Assembly: GCF_902459465.1 (NCBI RefSeq)
Contig: NC_047081.1
Location: 11,656,001-11,720,000 of the forward strand
Direction of reading: 5' to 3'
DNA length: 64,000 nt
Source of the DNA: Asterias rubens
Taxonomy: Eukaryota
The position numbers and the translations under genes were made by a program. This document shows positions 11,969 to 24,800 of the stretch, piece by piece; position 1 is the first letter of the stretch; each line of letters starts with the position of its first letter. The notes under the pieces are model-generated. The model was not told where the DNA came from. It saw only the letters and a list, made by a program, of their open reading frames with translations, and searched no databases.

Positions 11969-14407
11969 TTAATATTTGGATCTTTCGAACCATCTTAGCT
12001 TGTGGGTGTGGTTAGTATCAGGGTAGCTCCCCCAACGTCCAAAAGGAACTACAATTATACTTGAGTTATCGTCGCTACCAAACTGAAGTGCTTGATCAGC
12101 AACAAAGTTTGCAGCTGATGGAGGGTCATGACATTGGCCAATGGAGTCGCATAGTTCCTGGTCGGTCATTACGGACGTGATACCATCGGTGACCATGACT
12201 AACATACTGTCTTTGCTGTGTTTTACCTGTTGGGTAATCAAGACAAATGGTTATTTGGAGATCAATTATTTACTACACTTTGGTATGAAATTCAATACTG
12301 CAGGTGGGTAGAAACAACCCAACTCATGTGGGATTCGAACCTAAGACCTGCCACATAGACTTCTTAATCTAGGACTCATTATAATGCTCAAGCAGAAAAT
12401 ATTGCTTAGCAATTTTCTGCTAGGCAGAAATAAGCAGGATACCTGCCACAAATTTTACTTGAAACATGGTAGTTTGGCTGGTAACCTTATACTGGTAAGC
12501 ACAGTTTTTATGTGCTTAAGAAGCTCTGTAATATCTCACCTCGACTGATTTTGTCTCTGGTTGTGCCGTGACGCCATACCTCTTCAATGATTCGTCACCA
12601 ATACTCCTGGTCATTGTCAAGACACTATTGACCAATGGTCTGCCATACTGGTTCCACCTTCAATAAAACAATAATACAATGGTCAGTTTCAGTTCTTAAC
12701 CCAAAATGTACAGAAAGAAATTGATCCCCAAAATCATGGATCATGGGTAAGTTTTGTATCTGCTAAGGTGGTGGGTTCGAATCCCACCCTCATAATATGC
12801 CTGTGATATGTTTTTTATTGGACTCGGGGGGAAAGTACTGAGTGTACATTGGTGTATTTGTAAAAAAACAAAATTAACATCTGCAGGGAGTCAATACTTA
12901 CGTAATGAATCCATTGCAGGCTTCTATTCTTTCTCGTTCAGCTTCGTCTTCGGGGTCGTGCTTGCGTGTGAGTCTCATGGCTTTCCCCTTACGGCACAGG
13001 ATCGCTCGACTGTCGCCAGCACTGGCAACGACCAGTTCGTTTCCATTACGGAGTAGACCGACTGTCGCAGTGGTTCCTGTGTTTTCCATGACTGGATCTA
13101 AGATGAGAAAGAATCAATTAAAAGCCAATCTGAAGAAGCTCCTAGCTTACGTTGTAGGAGTGAAACGTAACTGAAATAATAGTCAATAAAATCTCAACAT
13201 TACATTGTTTTGGGGATCAAAAAACGAACCTCATAATCCATTATTAAAAGCACTACTACAATATTGCAACCTTCATCATTATATTCCCCTTGTACAGCAG
13301 TAAAAATCAATACTGATTCCCATGATAATAAAAACGGGGCCAGACTATTGCATTGATTAGAATTTAGCAGTGATTACTCAGTCCAACAGAAACAGACAAA
13401 TGACCAAGTTATTTGGATGGTTCGGTGAAGCTAGGGTAAGAGAATCACCAGGCCTTGAATGTCGTTCTTGATATGGGCACAGAAATGTTCCTCTGGTGGT
13501 AAGGGGCACTTCTATGAGGAAAATTTGTATTGGAACTTTGCAAAGGACACATCAGCAAAAGCACAGGGCACCACGGCAATCACTGTGGGTGTCATGGGTT
13601 ATTTAGAGGTCTGGCGTCGATTTCACAAAGAGTTAGGACTCATCTTAGGATTAATCTTAAGGTCTGCATGCTTCAGTGCAGGGTTGGGACTCGTCCTAAG
13701 TCCTAAGATTAGTCTAAAGTTAGAAAGAGTTTTGTGAAATCGACGGCTGCATCACCTTTTAGTTCTATATGAAGGTGTCTTGCAAACCGGTTTTCCAGGT
13801 CTTCAAAGGCTCGGGTCAGCACAACCTGGAGATCATGTTCCTTTGCTAGCCAGTAGTTGATATGCTTGTCCATGTGCAAACAAGCATAATCCGCTGCAAC
13901 AGCACCCCCGTGCCCATCGAATATCCCAAAGTACAGAAGATTTGGTGCGAGTTCTAGAATACTGATGCGGTCCTCGTTCGTCATGCGGCGTCCGATCAGC
14001 GACTCCTTGCCGACATTGGAGATAGAAATCTTTGGAATTGGAATCCCATGTTTGATACTTTGCTGAAGAAGAATGGGCTCTTGGATTCGACCCTGCCACG
14101 TACCAAGGCTGTCCCATTCAGGATTGTCTGAGCTATTATGTGAAGAACAAAATCTTATCGATGAGTAGTGAGGTCTATGATGTCTGCTTCTTATACAAAA
14201 ACCGAGTGTTGCTCGATAGTAAATGTGACCAGCCTCATAATAAGTTCTCCTGTATAAATAGTTTGAGTTTGTTTTAAAATCCGGCAGATGCGTCTTCAAG
14301 CTTTTACATTTGTTGAGAGTTGAGATGTTTCTATGTTGAGAATCGTTTAAGCATCTTCTCTGGAGACATCTGGAAAAGACGCTCATTAGTCTGCTGGACC
14401 TCATCAT
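11969..14407 (-). CDS. PPM1K: Mitochondrial protein phosphatase 1K (PP2Cm, BCKDH phosphatase), about 407 aa. Exons (minus): 14407-13756, 13097-12902, 12657-12540, 12226-11969
   Basis: Basic N-terminal transit-peptide-like segment; PPM1K-type [29 protein letters not shown]; PP2C motifs [47 protein letters not shown]. Phases 1,2,0 are consistent. The first in-frame ATG is at 14407 (the ORF track starts at a TTG). An acceptor at 14429-14430 implies an upstream non-coding exon. Confidence 0.96.
12385..12530. mobile_element. Partial MITE (same family as 3001-3190)
   Basis: Shared internal sequence aagcagaaaatattgcttagc...ggtagtttggctggtaacc. Confidence 0.7.
12755..12885 (+). mobile_element. tRNA-derived SINE fragment
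   Basis: B-box ggttcgaatcccacc and body similar to the element at 72-235. Confidence 0.65.
13616..13744. mobile_element. MITE starting about 12 nt inside PPM1K intron 1
   Basis: 14-bp TIR gtcgatttcacaaa / tttgtgaaatcgac. Confidence 0.75.
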
Positions 14408-14429
14408 CCTCAATCCTTCTGCGGCAAAC

Positions 14430-15897
14430 TGAGTAAAAAGAAATCATGAGTGATTAAATACATGTACAAGATTCGTTGGCATCGAAAACAAGTATGATCT
14501 TGCTTTTGTGACAAGGAAGCTGTTGGAAGTCTCTTAGATGCATGCGCAAACACGCAATGCATCTTATCCTCGCATATGTGAGACTGCACCTTACAGGAAG
14601 GAAGGAAGTGATAACTGAATGATGAAACAGGGAAAAACTGTCAGGTACAGATGAGATGCAAGTATGCATGATCAGGAAGGGATCAGTCCCACCTTGGCTA
14701 ATGGAGACCCTTCCTTAGTCTACGATTCACACCCAACTAAAACCTTTCTCATGATGTTGGAATGTTTTTTTCTCAACAGCTCTCAGTCTCAGACTCCAGT
14801 ACTCTTTACTAATTTACTACCAGGTAAATTATTATGCCTTTGTGGTCATAATAAGTCTTACCGGAGACAATGGAATCCGAGACGAAAGCCGAACGAACAT
14901 CATAGTTCGAGGAGTCAGTGCAAGTTTCTTTTGCTCGGTAACGTAAAGTTACCGAGCAAAAGAAACTTGCACTGACTCGGTTATCGGGTTTATCATAAAC
15001 TTTATGACTTCACCTTCGTAACATGGCCAGTTTTCCACAAGGATAATGTCATGAAAGATGCCAAACATGACTACAAGCTAACAAAACAATCGTTTACCTT
15101 CGTTTTCCTTTGTAAAAGTGTTACTTTGGTGTATTTGAACGTCAAATCTGTCTACTCCATCTTACACATTACAGCTCACGTACACAACAATAACATTACT
15201 ATACCTGCCGAGAGAGGGCGCTGTAAAAATCCTGCAAACAAATCTGGCAGGGAAAACAATATTAATTTTGTTTATTGATTCATTTTTTTTATCAACATAA
15301 AACTGCATTCTTGCATTGTGATGCGATGGGTAAATTTTACTGTCAGTGGTTTGTGCAAACCTTGTGATTAAATTTGTTCAGTTAAATTATATTTTGCATG
15401 ACTTGTTGCTCGAACCATGGAGGTAGAAATAGCTCAAACTAAACATCTTGAGAAGGGACTACACGTAGGGGGTGTGCCCCCCTTCTTTTTGTAGTCCCTA
15501 CCCGGCGCATAAAAGTGAAACCCCATTCCATCTCACTACACCCCTTGTTTTCATGTTTCTTGAACAATAGTTTAAATAAAATTAAAATCATCCATTATGT
15601 AAACAAAACAAAAAATGTGGCCAAAAATAATAATCGATGTCCAGACGAGTAGCCTCCGCTCCAGTCGTCTATATCGATGTATGCAAAATCGACACACATG
15701 CGCATGCGAGTGCACTTTACACGCACAAAAAACACACACCAGCGCCGCGCGAGCTAGCTCGAACGAAATCATCGCACCACCGCCGGCCAAAAACACGACA
15801 GGTAGAAGATAAAACCTGACGTTTTTCTACAATTCTTCCCACATGTTATCCATCAATAAGACTTCATTAACGTCAGGAGCTGTGCAACAGTGTCAGG
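14430..15897. promoter_or_regulatory. Divergent (head-to-head) promoter region of PPM1K and the FZ-CRD gene
   Basis: The start codons are about 1.5 kb apart and point away from each other. CpG-rich patch at about 15630-16150; NRF1-like TGCGCATGCG at 15699-15708 and GCATGCGCA at 14540-14548. Confidence 0.55.
14912..14978. repeat. Perfect 31-bp inverted repeat with 5-nt loop
   Basis: gagtcagtgcaagtttcttttgctcggtaac (14912-14942), loop gtaaa, exact reverse complement at 14948-14978. Confidence 0.95.
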
Positions 15898-18800
15898 ATG
15901 CGTAGCAGACCTTTTGGTGCCACTTTGGGCCTAGTTTTGGGAGTTTTACTGCGTGGATGTGCAACATGTGTAGCAGGTGAGTAGCCGGTAATTTTACCGT
16001 ACTTGAGGGGTGTGTGCAACGGGGCGTTGCGGAACTTTGGACGGCGGTGCCTTGTCGTCTTTCTCGCGGTGCTCATCAATGGGTGATTATTGGGGCGTGT
16101 GTGATTACATGTGTTTTTGTGCATGGATGATTCGGCGCGGTGGTGGTTGGTGGGATATTGGGGTTGTGTATTATTATCACGGAGGTAGAACAATTACCTC
16201 TCCGTATAAATAATAAAGGGATTTAAAAAAACATTTAAAAAACATTAATAAGTTGATAAAATGGGGAATTATAAATATTAGTAATACTATATAGGCTAAT
16301 ATTAATAATTAAATATAAAAATATAAACAATAAAAATGGCTTTTAATTAATAAATAAAATATGTGAGGGTGGTGATCCTATATATTTTCTCTTTTACAGT
16401 TTGTATAAGATAATTTATTGTAGTCCTACAGTGTACACCTTTTGTGAAGTTTGTGAAATACAAAAAAAGGTAATAACCGGTGGTACCTAGTTGTTCGATT
16501 ATCATTTATTCAAATTTAAATTAAAATGTTGTTCAATAAAGGTGCCCTTTACTAAGGACACCTTAATAATTCCATTCTAGGTGTAAAATACATCATTCAG
16601 TTAAATCTATAATCTAGCCCAACCTTGTGCTATTTATTGTTCCCTTTTAATATCATAGTCGCCATTACAAAAAAATAAATGATGAGACAATAAAAGAGAA
16701 CCAACCTAGTGCTCAGGTATCGGAGACGGACAAGACTGTGACAATCCTAGCGTATGCTTGGTCACGTTCCTTAGACTGTTGGGATGATCAAGGGTTACAA
16801 TTATGCAACATGGCATTCCCGGAATTTAAAGAGACCCAGTGAAATACAAAACACATCTGTTGATTATAAATCAATATAAACAATAACAAATCTAATATAG
16901 AATCTAGATTATGTTTTCTGCTCAAAAAAATCAATACAAAATGTGCACGCATGAATATTAATTAAACAAGTTCTTGTGAAAGTCACAGAATTTTTCTAAA
17001 AGAATTTAGAAAAAAAGGTAATGTATGTTTCACATTTGTTTTTAAATGAAGTCCAGTGGGGCACCATTATTGAAATTGAATGGTCATCTGTACAAATTCA
17101 CGGACATCTTTACTGTCATTGATTTTCCTTTGTTACACAAAATATGCACAAATGATGAAAATCGCACATTGTACCTATACAAACTTTAAAGGGTGTCAAT
17201 TTTACACATTACAAAACGTAAACAGCGTAATGTTTTCTCAACATCTCCTTGAGTCTTCCAATTGTCTTAAGAGAATTAAGCAGTCACCAAAGGGTGATGT
17301 CAAAATCTGTCATTTGGTATTTCTGGTAGTGATGCACAGAGGCTCTCCTGAAATAGTTGGGAGGTTTCGTGTCTACAATTTTTACATTTAAATACACAAA
17401 ATCTCATCCCTATTTGCATGGAGCATCACTGTTGTAGCATAAAGCATTAGCCAGCAGTGACCAGTTAGCTTGTCAATTCACTAGCCCATCACCCTTTTCA
17501 CTGGTCCATACATGTATTTCAATTGAAGTAGGCATGCTTTTCAACACTGAACTAGCCAGTCAAACCACTTGGGAGTGAATTCTGACTGGGTATCTGACCG
17601 GGTATTTTAACTGGCATTTGGCCAGCTGAAGGAAGAATGCTGTATTGTACAAAGTCCACCTTTAACTTTAAAAGCAATTTACTTCACTGTACCCGGATAA
17701 TGGTTTGAAATCTGCATTGCATTGCTGTACATCATTTGCTCCTCATGATGCATCCTGCATCCAGAACGCATCACGAGCGCAGCATCTCACCAAAATTAGC
17801 CTCCATTTTCATCAATATCAAGTACTCCGATTGAATCAAATGGCCTTCCTTGTCTGTCTTTAAATTGATTAGTGCACCTTGCACTCTAGATGAAAATGAG
17901 GGGTTGGGGGGGGCGCTTTCCACCTGCTCACAAACCACATGCAGCCCATCAAGATCCATCATCAAATTTTGCGAGGACTTAAATGGCCTTGAGCGAAGCG
18001 AAATTACAGCTCACCATCATTTCTGACCTTGTTGCATTTTCCTGAAAATACGTAGAGGGTTGATTTTGGATGATGGCCGAGGTAAATCGTGCATCAATGA
18101 AATTGATTGGGCGATTGGATGTGTAATGAATCATGAACAAGCGTACGTGTAGTATCAACCATCCGTGTGTAAATCTTGTGTAACATAAGCAGAGATTTTT
18201 CATTATGAGTTTAGGCTTGCCCAATTTATTCTTTTTTTTTTTTACATTATTTATGTGTTACATTACAAGTCTCAAAATAACCCACGGCACCCACACCATC
18301 TGCCCTTTGCAAAGTTCCGATACAAATTTGCATTTTCCTCATACATGTAGAAGAGCCCCCTTACCAGTGAAAAATTGACTGTCCCTTTAAAGCTAAGTTC
18401 AAGGCCTGACAGTACCACATTTCAAACTGAATTTAAAAAAAATGGAAAACTAACAAAAACAAGATTTTTTTTTTAAATCATCCAACACTACCGTTGGGCG
18501 TTTATCTGCAGATAAACTAATTGTTTTTTTAATTTTACTGGTTTTTAAATCATTAATTTTTTTATTTCCTACAGTAAGTGGTTTATGTAGTGTAGGCCAG
18601 GTGCTTTGTATTGTTATTAATTTATTGCAGACCAAGTAATAAAAACCCAAGGGAAACTTGCTGGTTAGGTTTGTATAAAATTAATTGTATGTGTCAGGAC
18701 AAAATATAATTGAGTAGAATAGGATTTTAATTTGCAACATGGGGATTGAATGCTAATTGCATTGTTTACAGACTCAGAACATACGTTGGTAAGACCCCGC

Positions 18801-21800
18801 AATTATTGTGTAATTTTTATCAAAAAGCCTGACATGGGGATACACATTTTAGGCCATTTTGTAGCCATTTTGCTTCAAAACTGAGGCTGCAAGGATAAAA
18901 CAATTCGGACCTTATCAACATGTTGTAGTCATGTTATTACCTTGTGTGAGCCTCAAGATTCATTAGTGAGAACATAACTGGGAACAAGACAAATACTTAT
19001 AATCTGCAGAGTAAAGATATAGCCGGGTGTTCTTGGACGGAATCTAGATTTGTTGTTCCACTTGAAAGTTGGATCACAAAGAAACCTTGACTGAAGACTA
19101 ACTGATTAAAATTTTGTGCAGTCAATCTGTAGTAAATTCAATGCAGTTGTATGCAAACCACATTGATGTGAAATTGTTGCCCGGGGAAAAAACAGAATAA
19201 AACAATTGTGACATCCGTCAGAGACATAATTATTGATTCGATTTGATGAGTTATTTTCTTGAGTGTCTGTCTGAGTGAGAATTTTCACAGTCTGCCTGTC
19301 TGGTGACATCATGCAGCAGGTTTATAATGTACAGGCAGAATGCCTTAGAGGGGAATTCTTTTTTGAAATGGCTACAATAACTTGCTCAGTTTGCACAGGA
19401 GGCTATAATTGGCAGCCGTGAAGAGTGAGGCTTGGAATATAGGCATCTCTGAATTAGTCTGTGTGGTGAAAGCAGACAAGTCTGCATTTCGGTGTATGCA
19501 GTGATTCTAAAACAACTTGTAGCTGTCTGGAGAGGAGACTAGTTATGATGGGTTTTATATTAAAACAGCAGAAAATACTGCATCTAGGGAATCTGTGGAT
19601 GCAGTGATTCTAAAACAACTTGTAGCTGGCTTGAGTGAAGACTTGTTATGATGGGTTTATTCAAAAATCAGTGATTTTAAAACAACTTGTAGCTGGCTGG
19701 GAAAAGACTCAGTTATGATGGGTTTATTCAAAAAGCACTGATTCCCTGACTCTAAAACACTTGTAGCTGGCTGGAGAGGAGGCAAGTTGAGATGGGTTGG
19801 TGTATATTCCAAGCCCTGTGCTAGATTAGAAAGCTTACAAGACTGCAAAGGGAGTCTGCGGACTCAGCCATTCTAAAACCACTTGTAGTTGGCTGAAGAA
19901 GAGACTAGTTATGATGGCCATGGTTTATTAAAAAAGCAGACAAGACTGCATAGGGAGTCTGTGGACGCAGTGATTCTAAAACAACTTGTAGCTGGCTGAA
20001 GCTATGTGTGGCTTTATTAATGGAGATTATCTGCTGAAAGGTTCATATGGTTCATGGCTGATAACAATTCAAATGTACACTCTGCATACACTACAACACA
20101 AACTAACCCACAAATTTCTTGAACTCTAGACTTACATGTGTACATAAATCAACATTTTTTCTTCCAAACAACATTTTGTTAAAGGAATAAAAATCAAACA
20201 AATACAGAACCCATTGGAGCGTAGATCTAACCACAACACAAACAGGTAACAGTTTCTCCACTCCAACAGAGCCCAGGTTAAGTACTCAGTTCTAGACTAT
20301 TCCCCTATTTGTTGTTTCTTTTTTAAAAAGAGAAGTTTGACCTTTTAAAAACCCAGCGTTTATTGAGCTACTGCTGATTGTTTATTTATGGAGCCCAATA
20401 CGAATGTCAGGGTTGACTAGCGGGTTGAAGGCTCACCCGCCAATCTTTACAGCAGTCTCTCTCTCGGACTGATAAAACACAAAGAAAGACTTTTTAATTA
20501 GATTTGCAGACCTTCAGGTTGGGTTATTTGAAATTGAAGTGGACAGGAATGCCGTCTTGGGTTTCTGAGAGAGTACATTCTCTCTAAAGGCTCAATGTAT
20601 GTCTCAAAAGGAAATACCATGATGTAACCAGAGGGGGTGCAGGTGTGGGAGGCCCCCCCCCCCCAAAAAAAAAAAAAAATTAAAAAAAATTAAGATCAAA
20701 AGAAATCAAAAATGAATGGTTCAATACAGCCCCTTCTCCAAATTGTGTCTTTTGCCCCCGCAAATGGCAATGCAAGGCAATGACCAGGGGCACATCGTCA
20801 AACTTTTCATTCATAATGGGATTGACCAAATAAATTTCTTTTCTGTTTCATTTTTTATCATTTCAGGTTCATCTTGCCAGGATATAAGTTTAGACTATTG
20901 TAGAACGCTGCCGTACACGCAGACAGGGACGCCAAATATGTTTGGATATAACTCTCAGGAAGATCTGCCAGTCCACCTTGGTTCTTCATTCCAGACATTA
21001 GTTTACATCGGTTGCTATGAGAACCTCCATCTCTTCCTGTGTGCTGCGGCTTTCCCACAATGCACCTCTGATGGAGAGATGCTCCCCCCGTGTCGTTACC
21101 TTTGCGATGACTCATTTGAAAAGTGTGGACGCGTCCTACTTTTCTACCCAGATATATATCAAAATTTAAACTGTCACGAAATGCCAAACTCTACTGATCC
21201 GAATGTCTGTGTTGGATTGGACACCCCTAAGCAAAATGAAACAAGAGAGAGAACCACTGACAGTTTATCCAGTTATGAGACAACAGCAATTACCAAGATT
21301 ACAAACACCGAAATTTACACAAGTTTGGACACTTTGTTAGCCACTACATCGCAACCAGAGACCACACCCCTTGAGGATGCAGAAAAAAATGCAGCAAATA
21401 GCACTTTGGTGAATTTGACATTGTCTGACTCGGAGGTCGAAGGGCAGAGGTCAACTGAGAGCAGAGGGGAGGAGAAGTGGACAGACAGTGTGGACAAATC
21501 TGTGAAGACAGGTGACCTGTTTAATCAAAGTATGTCAAAGGTCAAATGCTAAAAATGGTCTTTACTGTAAACTTTAAAACAAGTATCAAACTAAATTTTG
21601 GAATATGACAAACAAATTCTTCTGTAAAAATTGTAACAATACGATGATCTTTGGCGTTTCTAGCATTTTTCCTGATTGTGTGTGTACATAGGATCATTGT
21701 ACTTCTTGTGTATACATGATTAATTGTGTAATATTGTAGGTGAAGTTTGTGGTAGCACCATGTGTAAATCTCATTTGAGTAGTGTTGGTTCTGATGAAAA

Positions 21801-24800
21801 GAAGTGTTTGACTCAACGTATCAATCAGTATGCTCTGATCATCTAGCTTATCTGTCACCCAGTTTATCCTGTCGCCCAGCTTATCCTAATCCTGTTCCTG
21901 CCTTCATGCACCATCGAGCCCAGCCCAACTACCAGTTTATCTCCAAAGCAGTACTTAAGCTGCACCTAGCAACAGAGTCCAGCATTCTCCTGAAGACAAT
22001 CAGAGCACTGATCAATACGGAGTTATCAACCAGCGAACTGGTTCTTTTCAGAACCAACACTGCTCAAAAGAGATTTACACATGGTATTACCGCAAACCTC
22101 ACTGAATTATACTTCCACCTTGCAAAGTTTCAAATTCTACTTTTTTGTGTAACACTATTTTTTTTTACTGATTGAGCTGTGTCAGTACCTGATTTTGGAT
22201 TTTTCTGGGAAGTGAAGTAAAAATTAATCTTTTTGGGTCACTGTTTTGTATTAATTGTCTACAGGTGGTTCCCACAACACTGTCCCATCTCTTGGGATCG
22301 TTCTCAGTACACTCTCCGCTGTGGGCATGGTGGTACTTCTGCTATTCTGCGCATTCTTCAAGTAGGTATAATTTTATCAAATTTATTCAAACAAATTTAA
22401 CTGATTTTACAAGTAATAAACCACAAGGGAAACTGCCTTTTTGGGTAGATTTTTTTTTAAATATTTTTGTCAACGTTATAATGTTTCCCTTTTAACACCA
22501 GCCTGAAAGGTACTTTTAAAAAAAACTGAAAATCTTGCCTTTGTCATGTCACAATCTGTTTCATTGTGCAAAGGTTTTTAACATTTTTTTACACCTTTTC
22601 ATGATGTTTTGACATTTACTTTCTATTGTGATGCATTACGCCACAACACCTTGTAAACCATTACATGCTGCTATGTAAAAGGAGTAGGTCTCATAATTCA
22701 AACATAGTCCAACATACCTTTTATGAAATTATTGTATGTTAAAGCGCCTTGAGCGTCACTAAATGACGTATATGCGCGCTATTTAAGAAGTCGCGTTTAT
22801 TATTTATATGTCAAAGGAGACTGGTAGAGCACCCTCAAATGTCCAGCTGAAACAATTAAACATTTTTAATCTTCAGTCTCTAGAAGTTTTAAACCTATCT
22901 AAATAACCATCATTGATATCTATTGAAAGGTGTACTATTCCAAAACTAATATATCATTCATTCACCCTGTACAATCTGGCATTCCCAAAGAGTGTTCAAA
23001 CAAGCGTGACATTTCATTCATGCTTGTTTTCTTACATTGTTTCCATAAGCCAGCGGTAGCATAACTTGTTCAAGGTCGGAAATTGTTCAAGGTATTTGAA
23101 AAAGCACGCCACTTAAATTTCATTCAGGTTTCTTTTAGCAAAATATTTACCCTCAAGGTGTGAAATTTTGCACCAAGAAAACCAGGTTTCTTTTTCTAAA
23201 TGACAAAAAATAACATTGACTATTTGGCGCTTTATGTCTTTATTGAATTTATGTTGGGTTTCCCACATGTCTCAGTAAAACTGCATGGAAATTCAAGAAT
23301 CCGATTTTTTTTTTTTTTTTCTTTTTTCCTCAAAATCTAAAATCTTAAAAAAACTGTACCTTGTGTACTAGATTTAGCCTTTGTACCACTGCCCTTGAAA
23401 ATGTTCCTACTTGTTTTCAAGGGCCAAATATCATGCCTGGTTTGTGTTGTTGAAGCAAAAATAATTTACACACGGACAGCAATATTCTTTCAGATACTGA
23501 TGGAAGGGGAAACACAGTAATGGCCCATCCTTATTCCTCACAGCTAGCCACCTCAGGCATAGAATTACAATTTGGGAAATCAACAGGGACTGTGGCACTC
23601 ATGTTAATGTTGCTTGCTTTCTACGTGCCCCAACTCCTTCAAACGCAACCCCCCCCCCTTCAACAGCATATTTGTGCCTCCAAACCTTTTAAGACAATTT
23701 GCGCTCAAACGTGTATGTACATGTACATAGGCGATCCTTCTTAAATGCGTATGGACCATCTTGAAAGGTTTTCTTAAGATGAGTTATCCCGTTACAGTGT
23801 CTATCTCGATACAACGTGATCAGGTGTGAAGAAACAAGTGTTCCGTGTGCCCTAATGGAGATTTCTCCTTTAACATGATATGCGCATGTAGAGAAAATGG
23901 ATGGAGTTTCAAACCCTCTTTAGACTGGTCTCTTTGTCGTATCCCCAGCTGAGCCAAAATGGCACAATGGAACTATGCGAAAGACATTGAAAACAAAACT
24001 GATAATCTTACAATGTCCCACTTTATCACACCTGAAGGGCGTATCAAAGTGCTCAGTATTTGTTTTCGTGCAAGGTATGCGAAGCAACAATTTCGAAGTA
24101 TGAGACCCTTACCTTTAAAAGCATGTAATGGTTTACAAAGTAAATCGTCCTTGCACCATTTTTAGGGTGCGAGTGAGTTAGCTTGAATACACAGAATACA
24201 CAGTTTATTACTAATTTTAACATGCTCATTTAATATTTGTGGAATTTTGTTTATATTCATCAAAAACCCATTTCAAATGTTATGAATTGCATATTTTGTT
24301 GCTCTATATTGTGTATATTTTTTTCTCATCATGTACTTTATTTAATGCACTTTTTATTTTTGCATTTTTGTATATTGATTGTCTCATTTTAAATTGAATT
24401 GCATTTTGTTGTTTCATTATATGCTGTGTATTTTTTGCTAATCTAGTACTTTATTTGATGCATTTGTATTTCTGTTCGTGTGTATTTTTATTGTATCAAA
24501 TTCTAAATTGAATTGCATTTTTATTGCCTCATATTTTTTATGCTGTGCATTTAATCTTGTATTTTATTTTATTTAATGCATTTCTACATACGTGTGTATT
24601 TTCATTGTCTCATCATATTTCAAATTGAATTGCATTTTTACTGTTTGCTGTATTTTATGTCTTATCTTGTGTATTTCATTGTAAATCCAATTAGTATTTA
24701 ATTACAATTGTCTTGCATTGAATTGATGCAACAATTAATTGGATTATTGTTGCTTCTAATTATTCTCTTCACAGGTGCATTTTGTTACATTGTACATGAT

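Noticed and set aside
17771-18224. Two minus-strand ORFs with splice-like signals inside intron 1 of the FZ-CRD gene
   Set aside because: No recognisable domain, and I could not build a consistent multi-exon model.
20210-20247. Possible extra exon before the CRD exon (acag|AACCC...AACAG|gtaac)
   Set aside because: In the phase required by the signal-peptide exon it contains an in-frame TAG.
20716-20866. ORF-track N-terminus MVQYSPF... for the CRD protein, and its read-through end at 21552
   Set aside because: This is intronic sequence in frame with the exon; the acceptor is at 20866, the donor at 21512, and a better signal-peptide exon exists at 15898.
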